A stretch of 64,000 bases of DNA from Lingula anatina (lineage: Eukaryota > Animalia > Brachiopoda): positions 6,258,587 through 6,322,586 of the forward strand of contig CM120648.1 of assembly GCA_051362555.1 (NCBI GenBank), in the 5' to 3' direction. Positions 16,204 to 26,809 of this stretch are shown piece after piece. Below the pieces are notes generated by a model. The model had not been told where the DNA came from and ran no database searches. It saw nothing but the letters and a program-made list of their open reading frames with translations. The translations under genes were made by a program, and so were the position numbers. Position 1 is the stretch's first letter. Each line of letters starts with the position of its first letter.

Positions 16204-17698
16204 TGGTAACAAAATGAGCGAGCGACAGAGAGAGAGAGAGTTTGTGCAGTATAGTGACACACTCGAAAAATCCGCTTTGCTTTGTGAATTTTGACACTGC
16301 ATTCTGACAATAAAGAATCTTAATACCGGCAGCGGGTATCGAGTAGATTTTAAATTTCAAAATCCATTCTTCGTCTTATTTTATTCAGAAGTGCAAACCG
16401 CTTTAATTTCCACCACTAAACCTTAAAATACGAACACACATGAAATTACAATAACCAAGAAAATGAGTCAAACGACTTGATGGATTTCTACAAAGGTACG
16501 CATATGTATATATTTATTTCACATTATATACTTACATGTTCATATCTGCACAGGAAGGTGAACGGGCTGATATAACGTGTAGTTAATTGTCTATGTATGG
16601 TACGTTCAGTTAAATTCCAAGCATTTTCAACTATATTTGTTAATATTAAGACATTTCACCCATATTTGTTCATATTAAGTTATGTCAAACATATTTGGAG
16701 ATTACTTTTCGCCCTTATATGGTCATATTAAGAAATACAGTGAATATTTAACTGTTTCTTGGATATGAAAATAACAACAATCTTCTGGTCATACGTATGT
16801 ACTGCACGCACACGTACCATACAATAAATAATCCATAAAAACACCTATGCATGCTGCAGTGTGCGGGCACGCGTGCATTTAATGCGAATTGTTCAGTCGT
16901 GCAGAGTGGCAAATGATACGCATTTGCGCATCTTCTACGCATTATTTTGGACAATTACGTTGATTACAGGTGCTATTCTATTGTTAATAAGATTCTAGAC
17001 AGCAGATATGCGCATTTTGAAAACTGTCATGCTGGCAATTCTGCACCTGGTATAGTTAATGAAACGAGTGGCTCAACGACTAGACCAAAACGTTCTGCTG
17101 TGCATTAAACATGGTTTAGTCAATACGCCGTACGCTCCGTACACAAATTTTACGCTGTGTTCATGTGCGTGTAGCGTATTGTAGTCTGAATATGTAATAC
17201 GCATTGCCAATGGCATTCCATGGCTTTAAACAGCAAGTTCACAGACACCTGACAATGTTGTTAACGAAAAGAAGTGGGTTCGTGCCTCACAGTGTATACT
17301 TCGCACAAATATCAATATGTTATATATGTAATAATTCGCATATAATCATATTTATCGTACGAAGGAGACTGGTGATCCCTTTAGTCGAAGGTACAAATAT
17401 ATAAAAGGACAGTGATATTTTTACTGGACAGGCAACATATGTACCAATACGCCAGCAACATAGGAATGTTGCGTCTGCTTAATAAGCATATCAATATACA
17501 AGTAAAAACAACATTTTTTTAAAGGATCCATATGGAATATGCATTTACGAAATACTTTTTGCACATGCACACAGACAATGTAGAGAGAATTTCACAAATG
17601 AAAAGCTTATACAGTTACGTATGGTTAGTGCAACATGATCTTTACATTACATTTACAGTAAAGGCACTATGTGCATGTCCACCTAAAGTACATTCTAA

Positions 17699-17895
17699 GG
17701 CTGTGTTCAGATTAAACGTTATCGGTCCAGTAGGATCGATCTATCTCTGTAGATATTATTGTAAATAAGTAAACTCAATCAGCGCAATTGCCTGGCACGC
17801 CCCCTCCAGAAAGTTTCATAGCCGCACCTTGGAGAGAAAACCCGCAGAGATAGATCGATCCTGCCGGACCGACAACTTTTAGTCTGAACACGAAG
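17699..17895. mobile_element. Fold-back MITE (family C) just downstream of the GPCR stop codon
   Basis: ~45-bp imperfect TIRs gtgttcagattaaacgttatcggtccagtaggatcgatctatctctg / cagagatagatcgatcctgccggaccgacaacttttagtctgaacac. TAA flanks. Related to 62313-62519. Confidence 0.8.
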
Positions 17896-18119
17896 TAAGC
17901 ACCACGTGTGCTTGCTAATCTGTTTGCATGGATAACCAAGGGCCATTTGCAGAGCATCTTAACAATTAAAAACAATTAAACCTAGTTAAAAGAACACCAA
18001 ACTGCAAAATGAATTAACCGATTTTGTCTTTTGGGACGCTAGTATAAAATGTAAATAAATAATTTGATTAAAAAAAATTCATAAAAAGACATTGCTATAA
18101 ACTATGGAATTAAACTATT

Positions 18120-19994
18120 TTACCTCCTTCTCCTTGTAAACATCTGTTTTAAATTGTTCCTAAAATTCTTATTCATGAAAGAATATATGATTGGGTTGGC
18201 CATATTGTTTACAAAGTAACAATAGAAGACAATCATATTGAAAGGAACCCATTTGATGGCCATTAAGGCGCCTGGTAAAAATGTAACAAAGAAAACAACG
18301 GTCACCACGATCAACATGGAAGCGGTTTTTAAGTTCGCTCTTATGAATATCTCTCTTGCCATCTTCTTCTCGAGCGCCTTTGGGGACTCGGCGTCTGGAG
18401 TCCTGTCATCGCTTTCGGAGCCTCTTGAAAACAGCCCTCTGGTGGGGAAATGGACATGTGACAGGAGTCTTATCATGGATGGACGGCCGCCAGATGGCAG
18501 TGCTGTTGCCTCCATTTCAATGTTTTCTGAGGATTTAGAAACAGCATTGTTTTCGCTTTTAAGGCCACTTCCATTTGCCATGTGTTTTGACCGGCCGTTC
18601 GATTTTGGATATGCTATTTTTCTAAGACCGTTTGGCGGTGAAGGAGATTTATTTAAGCGCGGGAAACTGGCCCGTCGTCGCTGGTCATTAAATCTGACCC
18701 TATTAACGGTGTTATTATTCACTCGTGTGGGCCAAGTGTTATTTAAGTTGTCCATATCAATTTGACCAAGTTTGTTCCTCTTTCCGTCGATTCCGTCACG
18801 AGGGAGGCCATTTCGCTCGGCACCGTTATCTTCGCAATTGCTTAAGATATCTGAAAAGCTGACGCTGGGTTTCGGTTTGCCACTGGTGCCGCTGCTACTA
18901 CTACTTCCATTTACCATTGTTGATTGCTCATTTGCTGGGATGTTGTCGTTGTCGTCGTTTTCCTGGCTGTCCTCGAACAACGGTTTCATCTCAATGCTTT
19001 GGCGATCAGGGCTGGCCTTGAGATTTTCTTCGACGATGGTCGCCGTGGTAATAGCACCGCGTGTTTCGCGTCCAAACGTTGTAGATGGCGCTATACTACG
19101 CCAATCTTCGCTTTGCCGCCTCTTGGCAAACAGCGCCCGTGCTTTACTGCTTCCGATCAGTGCCGACTTTCGCCGATGATATTTACGGACATTAACGTAC
19201 AGGATTGAATACATAATGACAATGACAGAAAAAGCCACAAAATACATCACAGAGTGTACATAACGATATTTATGACGAAAATCAAACCCCAGAATTTTGT
19301 CGACTGGAATGCATCGTCCTTCCAAGCTGATCGTTTCATTCGTCCTTGCCATCGCGCTGTCTTGAGCGTCGCTGACCGATGAGTTCCTTTGACTATTAGT
19401 GGCGGAAATCCAAGGCAACTCCATCCCGGTATATACAGAGCCGTTGCCGCGATTCCATTCAACGGGAAGGGTGCCATTGAGGCTTTGTTCCGAACTCTCC
19501 TCTTCTTCTGGCGTAGCGGAGCCGTAGCACATGGCGACAAGAAGGCCCAAAATGGCGGCAAGAACAGACAAGCCGAAAATGGCGAACTTGACCTGAGTTA
19601 TATTCGACTTCACTTTGTACGGCTGGCAGATACACAGGCACCTGTCCACAGCAATGGCTGCCATGACGAACGCACTCAGAGGCACGGTGGAGGTGACAAA
19701 GAAATGGTACAGCTTACACAGGAAGTCTGAGTACAGCGTGAACTCCACCCATTCCATAGCTATGGTAAACGGCACGATCACGGAACATGTGAACAAGTCG
19801 AGGAGGGCGAGGGTGAGGATGAAAATCCGAGCGCTGGACCGCTCGTAATTGCGTCCAAACACGTAGAGCACCAAGGCATTCCCGGCTGTCCCCGTCACGG
19901 AGATGAAGCCCAGCATGGTGAGGGTGGCGTACAGCTGTTGTACGGTCGCCACCGGCATGGACTCGTGGACCTCGTTGACGGCTTTTAACGTCAT
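18120..19994 (-). CDS. Rhodopsin-like (class A) orphan GPCR, 624 aa, coding region uninterrupted
   Basis: Seven hydrophobic segments. TM1 GNALV, TM2 LALLD, TM3 C...AVDRC (DRY variant), TM6 VFFVTFLP, TM7 NPIIY, helix 8 NKNFR. A splice acceptor (cttttattttgttttatcag, minus) ends at 20017, so upstream exon(s) exist and the N-terminus could extend. Confidence 0.92.
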   Translation of the reverse strand: MTLKAVNEVHESMPVATVQQLYATLTMLGFISVTGTAGNALVLYVFGRNYERSSARIFILTLALLDLFTCSVIVPFTIAMEWVEFTLYSDFLCKLYHFFVTSTVPLSAFVMAAIAVDRCLCICQPYKVKSNITQVKFAIFGLSVLAAILGLLVAMCYGSATPEEEESSEQSLNGTLPVEWNRGNGSVYTGMELPWISATNSQRNSSVSDAQDSAMARTNETISLEGRCIPVDKILGFDFRHKYRYVHSVMYFVAFSVIVIMYSILYVNVRKYHRRKSALIGSSKARALFAKRRQSEDWRSIAPSTTFGRETRGAITTATIVEENLKASPDRQSIEMKPLFEDSQENDDNDNIPANEQSTMVNGSSSSSGTSGKPKPSVSFSDILSNCEDNGAERNGLPRDGIDGKRNKLGQIDMDNLNNTWPTRVNNNTVNRVRFNDQRRRASFPRLNKSPSPPNGLRKIAYPKSNGRSKHMANGSGLKSENNAVSKSSENIEMEATALPSGGRPSMIRLLSHVHFPTRGLFSRGSESDDRTPDAESPKALEKKMAREIFIRANLKTASMLIVVTVVFFVTFLPGALMAIKWVPFNMIVFYCYFVNNMANPIIYSFMNKNFRNNLKQMFTRRRR

Positions 19995-22084
19995 CGTGGG
20001 GTTTGTTCCGACAGTTCTGATAAAACAAAATAAAAGTGTGCATTAGGTACATACATATACAGTAGTAAGTAAGTATTGAGGTAGATCGGCCTAACTTGAC
20101 TGTGAACGTGCTTATACTTTGGGAATGGTGGACCTTGGGGGGGGGGGGGGAGGCAGTGGGCGCAAATAACACACGAAGCGTATGACGCGACTCAAACGTT
20201 CACATTTTTGGAATAACACTTTTCAGCAAAGAAAATAATAATTTAGAAATGCAAGTCGTGTATTAATTACAAAAGCATCCAATGAAGTTTTAATGACAGC
20301 ATTTAATTACACTATCCTGCTATGTACAACTCGTTGTAAGCAATAAACACCCTTTTTAAAGCAAAGGACTCATTCCCATTGAAACTGTCTGTCTTCGTTG
20401 ATCGATCCAACCCCGGGGGGGGGGGGGGGGGCTAGCGCTAAATGCAATCAGTTTAACAGGTTAACACGCCTCTAGTTTTCAACGTACTCTTAAGATCGTA
20501 TAATACACTAGATAGGCCTATTCTGTATTTTACGAAACGCTAGAAAATCCAACCATATGAATTGTGCATGTTTCACCTCACATTTAGTTGCGTTTGCTTG
20601 TAGTAAGGCATGCTGGGTTTTTATTTTTTTTCTTAGTTTGTCGTCTGCAACGAGGCACGGCTTTGGGGCAGAAATTGTTTTAAAGATCTTCCAATACATA
20701 GTCTTGTTGATAAACACATTACAGTGGGAAAGGTGCAACAGAGTATTTATTTACAACGAAAAGAAAGCGTTTTTTCTTTACCTCAGTCTTAGTGTTTATA
20801 TATTAGCCTATTCTGAGGAGAACCTTATGTCCCTTTCACCTTTGCACGGGGAATGGCTTTAATAGTCGTACGGCTTTAAACAGGGCAGATGCACGAAATG
20901 TGGCGCCCCTTTACTGTTCACAATAAAAAAACACTAAGAGTATTCATCGTGCACAGTACTTGGAGTGGGCGTGTAAGGTAACTGTTACTTTTAAAGTTGT
21001 AAATACGAAAAAAGGTTTGTTGGTGTTGACTGAGACTAAGACTAAAACTAAAAGCATACCCTATTTGTAATAGAGCCTAAAGTTTACATCTTAACTAAAC
21101 AAGTCTTGATTTAAGAGGTAGACGTATATAAATTGAGGTAAAACTTGAAATGCCATAACTATTACCTTGGCATTGGAAAGATATCCACGATTGGCTACTT
21201 TTTTTACAATAGTGATCAAGTAACAAAGTTAAAGGTGGATAGAAAATAGCTTTAACAGAATGAAAGACTGCGCACTTGAAATTCTTTTTGCAGCATTGTA
21301 TACTTACACTGATTTAGAATCGAAAATAACAACAAACATATATATAATTATAAACCGTGATTTTTACGTTTCGTTCCTTTTCCGTCGAGTATTTTTGTCA
21401 ACCAATATACATACCAAGAGATGTTATGTGACCATGGCGATACACGCTTTATTTGGTTTTAGGGGTGTTTTCCAGTGAAATACGAGTACTTTCTCTCGGT
21501 ATGTATGTACCTACATGTCAAAGAATACGCTGCCACCTTGCGATATATGCATTGAATACCTCCCATACGCTTAAGGTGTTCTGGTAGGTATCGCTTGGTA
21601 GACAGAGTATTATCTCTCACACGACCCATGCTATTTTACTTATGTTTCACCTTTGTAAGAGGAAGCGCTTCGAGCCGTGGAAGAGGTAGACGAGTTAACC
21701 AGCGGCCTCGTATCTCATTTTCCCCATACTTGACCGACAGCTTGCCTTGTTAACAAGCAGAGAAATGCTCTATGAACACTGTGAATTTTTTTCGCTCGAA
21801 ACACTTAACGTGTTGTACGTGTGCAAAAGCTATATCATATGAATCTATCTCGCATACTGATGAAACATGTTCCAAGAGCTGTTAGATTATTCAAAATTTT
21901 AGTATCTTTTATGAAGTTACACCCTTGTTTTTCACACCAAGCCCAAACTCCACTCAAGTTATCCTAAATCTTGGCGTGCAAGGGTGATAACATGCGTTGT
22001 ATGGTGACCAATCCCCTACAAAAGCAGCCCCTGCCGAATGAAACAATTCACCCATCTACTTTTTATCTAAGAAAACTTAGGTTT

Positions 22085-22221
22085 TTGTTAGGTTGTTTCA
22101 TTAAGCGGCCATACAAGCTAAGGCACGAAGTGGACATAGCCAATATTTAATACTCAAATACGCTTGAACTCAAAAAGTCGTGCCTAAGCTTGTATGGCCG
22201 CTTAATGAAACAACCTAACAA
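22085..22221. repeat. Near-perfect 44-bp inverted repeat with a 49-nt spacer (fold-back element)
   Basis: 22085-22128 versus 22178-22221: 43 of 44 positions complementary. Confidence 0.9.
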
Positions 22222-25200
22222 TGCACGGAAACAAACTTCAGTGCAAGCGCGCTATTACCTATAAGGTGAGACGCAACTGAAAGTCAAAACAAACAAGATG
22301 AGATTTTCAAAAACAAAGAAAATGATGTCATAAAAAATTAAATACACAAGAAAAAATAAATAAGACTTAAAAAAAGAAAACAATAAAAAAGCATTCGTAG
22401 CCATAGCTACCCACAAATAATTATGCAAACAAACAAACCAACCAAGAAACAAAAAATCCACCCACAATCCACTCGCCGATAGTAAACCTAGAGTCCATTT
22501 CTAACTACTAAGAACTTAAGGCTTTGCTTTTTAAGCGATATTACTTTAAATAGTCCAATTTCCTATGACAAAAGATTTTATGTATTGAATTTTAATTTAC
22601 ATTTATCTCTTAAACGGTCTTATTTATGAAAAAATTCATCTTAAGATGGTTTGTGCTGTCAATTTTGTTGATTTTTTAAAATGTTTTTATACTCTTAATA
22701 AATCATATTATTATCTACAGACTGCGTTTGTATATGTATGTGTATTTACAGTGTATACGTATATGAGTTGGATGTGGCGTTAGGTACATGAACGTTACTG
22801 CCCAACAATATGTCCTGCTTTCATTTTGTTGCCAAGTGTTTACGTGATTATTTCGGAGAGATGCACGTGCCACGCACATGTCGCTATTCTGACACACAAA
22901 AGCCATCAAGTGTAAAGTTAATGTTATTCAACAAGTATATAATAATGTGTGTGTACTAGTATAAACTATTAAGCTATTTGTAATGAATGAACACCACATT
23001 ATATTGATAAAGATCTGCGAGTTAGGCTCTAAATATTTCTGTTATAAAAGAAAAATAGTTGTAGTAGGCGATGTTTCTATTGACCGAGTAACGGTATGCT
23101 TGGCGAAGAAGCCAATGTTCAGATAATCCTAACGTTGGCCAGAAATCAACAATGCGTCTTGCAGTCATTATGAATATCGATAAAAATAAGCAAATCTGTT
23201 TTGACTCGTAGATTGTGCATGTTCACTGTATTCAACAAATCACTGGATTTGCGTATTTTTCAATTATGGAAACGACCAAAATGCAAATTGGCTGCCCTCT
23301 TGCCTTTTAAACCTGGCAATCGTAATCACAATAATGTTTTTATTTCTGGAAAGTATTTAACATCTAATGGGTTACGAGTCAAGAACTCAACTTGAAATGC
23401 ACTTTTGAAGCGGAGTGGCATTTAGGTACTATAATGTAGAGAAGTGGATTAAAAAAACATTACATCTACCGGTATTGTTTTGACATCAAATATCATGCAC
23501 TGGTAAATCTTTGGATTTGTCAAGTCTCTGGTCCGCCCATAAACCAGGAACAAAAGAAATGGTTCAATTCATATTGTATGTCTGATGACATGAGGATGAC
23601 ATAAAGAAATGTACTTTAATTTTAACACTAATCAAGCACGCATACACGGATGCACGGATAAAGTTGCACGGATAAAGTTGTATACTACTAATAGATAACT
23701 ATTAATCTTCGAGATCACGCCAAGGCATATATGTACATTGCCTCACAATGGTATGCTCCACGGGAACAACCTGGCAGCGGTATTCAGACGAAACTCTGAA
23801 TGGCAAGTGCTTCACAATTGTATACACTCCGGGTTTTAAACTATCTAAAAGGCATATTTTACATGTGTGTACATATGCTGCAAAGGTACCTTAATATCTT
23901 TCCCAATTTATTCTTATGAAATGATTAAACCGGTTCCTTAAATAAAAATACCTGATGTCAAAAATTCCTTTTGAAATATACGGGGAGTCAAGGCAGTCTG
24001 AACGGTACGGGACACATTTAAAACAAAACTTTTATATTAATTAAAAACGGAATACAACGTCGAGGTCAAGAAATGACTAGAAAAAATATTAATTTGATTT
24101 GGCGGGAAAAGCCGGAATAACATACCTTTAATCAAAATTCTCATGGCTTTAATTCCGTCCCTACCTGTTAAATCCCCGTATGCCCACAGCCTTCCACCAA
24201 CAGCACGAAACACCCTGCAGAATTCAGTTTTTCTCCGCACCTGAAAGGTCGAAGTCTTTATCTGTCCTTTTCTGAATAATCCTCCGTGTATAAATGTTCA
24301 TGTCAGGTTCAACAGAGGTAAGTTGGTTTCAAATTAATATATAGACTTTGATTGGTATATTCTTATATTCGTTAATGATATCATCCTGTTTTCACAGACC
24401 CGGAAGCATTCAGCGTAGAGTGCTATTCTCCTATCCCGTGGTTTTTCCAGGATTTCTGTCCCTGCTTTCAGTGCATCCCCAACCCCCGAGGGTGATAATG
24501 ACAATGAAACGTCACTTCACGCTATGTAATTTTACACTTTACCCACATATTGATCACGATATGTGATAATCGTTTCGTGGGGAACACGTATCCACAGCTT
24601 TCACAGGCTCACTGCCCCCTTTTCACAATTCATGGTAGGATCTCTTAGGGAAAAAAATCCAGAAAAAGTTTAAGGCTTTGGTGTCGAAGGTCCTCAGAAT
24701 CTATTTCAGTCAACTTGTATGGTCTGCGACACGTCTTTTTTTGCTCAGCCAAAGGCAATATTCACATTTTCTGTTCTACAAGTGGATCTGATGTACAAAT
24801 TGAAGTGAAACAGGAGCCGTCAGTCATCATATTTTATTAATTAAGTGCTTGAAACAAATATACGCCGTTTGTATGTGACTCATTTACAATGGCATCGCTT
24901 TTTTTTTTCTTCTATTTCCTTGTCGTCATCGCACCTCTTAATGTATGTAGGTATCGAAAATCAATTATATAAGATAACTCCCAATGTAGGTCACCCTTCA
25001 GATAAACTGGATGCTGGACTGGTGCAAAAAATCCAACAGTATTGTTAATGAGAATATCCAAGGTAAATTCAAGAAATAATTTGCTGTATGATTTACGCCC
25101 TTGATTCCAAATAGATCTGATTAACGTACCTATGACTGCACGAGGTGTTACGTACCAAACTGGCCGTGGGGTATAAACATTCCAGGAGCTTTGCACAATA

Positions 25201-26350
25201 GGATGGTTTGTTTTTGTTTATATAGAATGTGGACCAACGTACATGTAACCTGTTTCTCAGTCCTAGATCCCTGTCGTCTTCGCTAATTCATAAATACGAG
25301 GCAGTAGCTACAGACAACTCCAATTCGGGTCGGTCGACTTACAGCCATAAAAAGTCCTCTCCTTGTGCTGGTATGGCTTCAGCGCGTATCGTATTCTCCG
25401 TGGATGAATTTCACTCTTTTTATCTTGTCGGCAACCTGTCGGCAACTTGTTCACTTTATTTTTGTAACATCAAGATCCAGTCCGGTCTATCCTTGGCGGA
25501 TGTTAAAAAAGGCACTCGTCGTTCGCTACTACAGCTTGTGACCGACAGAAATGCGTTACCAGCTAATCTTTTTCTGTATGCCGAGGAAATTGTCCCGTTC
25601 AAGTTTGCTTACTGTGCACGGTCACCTTCGATTTACCTGTGCCAGTCTCAGCGCACTGCGTGTGCTCCCCTCACCACCGGCGCCGATTTTTGCGGATCTT
25701 CACTGTTCAGAAATAACTGGGAAACGGGAAATAACAGAGGCTGCGTGTCCGTGATCCGTGGAAACCAATCTGCAAATAGAACACAGGCGGGGTGGTTATT
25801 TTTGCACGTACACACTGGGAATCGATATGCAGTTATTTCTTTTATCCTGCGTTTTATGTATTTATATATTTCTTTACATATCACATTTTTTTATATCGAA
25901 AGTCACTTCAGCTTAAAAATAACATACAGTGCGCTTTCACCATGCTACATGCACATGTAGTGTTAATTGAAAAATAGCGTGTTCGAATTACTGGAATTTT
26001 ATAACCTGTCTTCAATTCTTGGATCTGCCGCGACTTGGCTGGTTTTAGATATATTTATAAAAGGTTAAGATCAACCAGGCCGCTCCGACGGGAAGACACG
26101 AATGAATGTTCGGTCGAATGCGTGTTGTTCATAATGATGTTATTTGCGCGGTTCCTGTTCCGAACCATAAACAATAATGAAAGGCTTATCTATCCGTTCA
26201 CCTGGGGAAGGGAAATCAAACGGGATTAATTTAGAAACCAAAACTGCTTACTGGAATGACTTAATAAGTGCAATAAATTTAGAAACTCCAAGATGACAGG
26301 AAGTCGAGTTGAATTCAGATATACAGGTAAGTATAAAAGTGCACTTCATA

Positions 26351-26555
26351 GGCCGTATACACAACCAAAGTTGATCCGCGGACTAACAGATCCCCGGATC
26401 AAATATGGCTGACCCACTGGAAAACTTGCCGCATAATCCCCGCGGGGAATGTATCCAATGTGCATTAGGGACTATGCGGCAAACTCTCTAGTGGGTCGGC
26501 CATATTCGATCCGCGGTTCGGTTAGTTCGCGGATCAACTGGTTGTGAATGCGGTC
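26351..26555. mobile_element. Fold-back MITE family B (GATCCGCGG motif)
   Basis: Almost the whole element is an imperfect palindrome. ATA on both flanks. Related to 53702-54170 and 60130-60299. Confidence 0.8.
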
Positions 26556-26756
26556 ATAGATATTTGTTGGATGCAGTTTATTTGAATCTTTTTCGACAAT
26601 GGCATCTCATCACGGTTTATTTAATAATAACAGCAAATGGAAAACGTTCGGATGCTACAATGATTAGATATTTTAAGTGGAGATGTTATAAAATCGATGA
26701 ATTTCAATTTCTATTTCTGACGGAATTACACTATTTTTGTTTTCAGGTGGCTATGC

Positions 26757-26759
<3 letters not shown>

Positions 26760-26805
<46 letters not shown>
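26760..26805. repeat. (TA)n microsatellite
   Basis: Direct read. Confidence 0.95.

Positions 26806-26809
<4 letters not shown>

Noticed and set aside
18238-19730. Plus-strand ORFs of 175, 135 and 113 aa antisense to the GPCR
   Set aside because: Shadow ORFs of a GC-richer coding strand with no recognisable motifs.
19714-20172. 152-aa minus-strand ORF overlapping the GPCR start in another frame
   Set aside because: It begins in intron sequence across a poly-C run and has no domain features. It would matter only if an upstream exon supplied an ATG (e.g. ATGGCT|gtaagt near 25341-25347), which I cannot support.
24126-24240. Candidate GPCR 5' UTR exon (minus-strand ctttcag acceptor, gtaggg/gtatgt donors)
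   Set aside because: Splice-like signals alone are too common to call without transcript data.
25229-25960. 243-aa plus-strand ORF
   Set aside because: Non-ATG start, composition typical of random sequence, no recognisable family motif.
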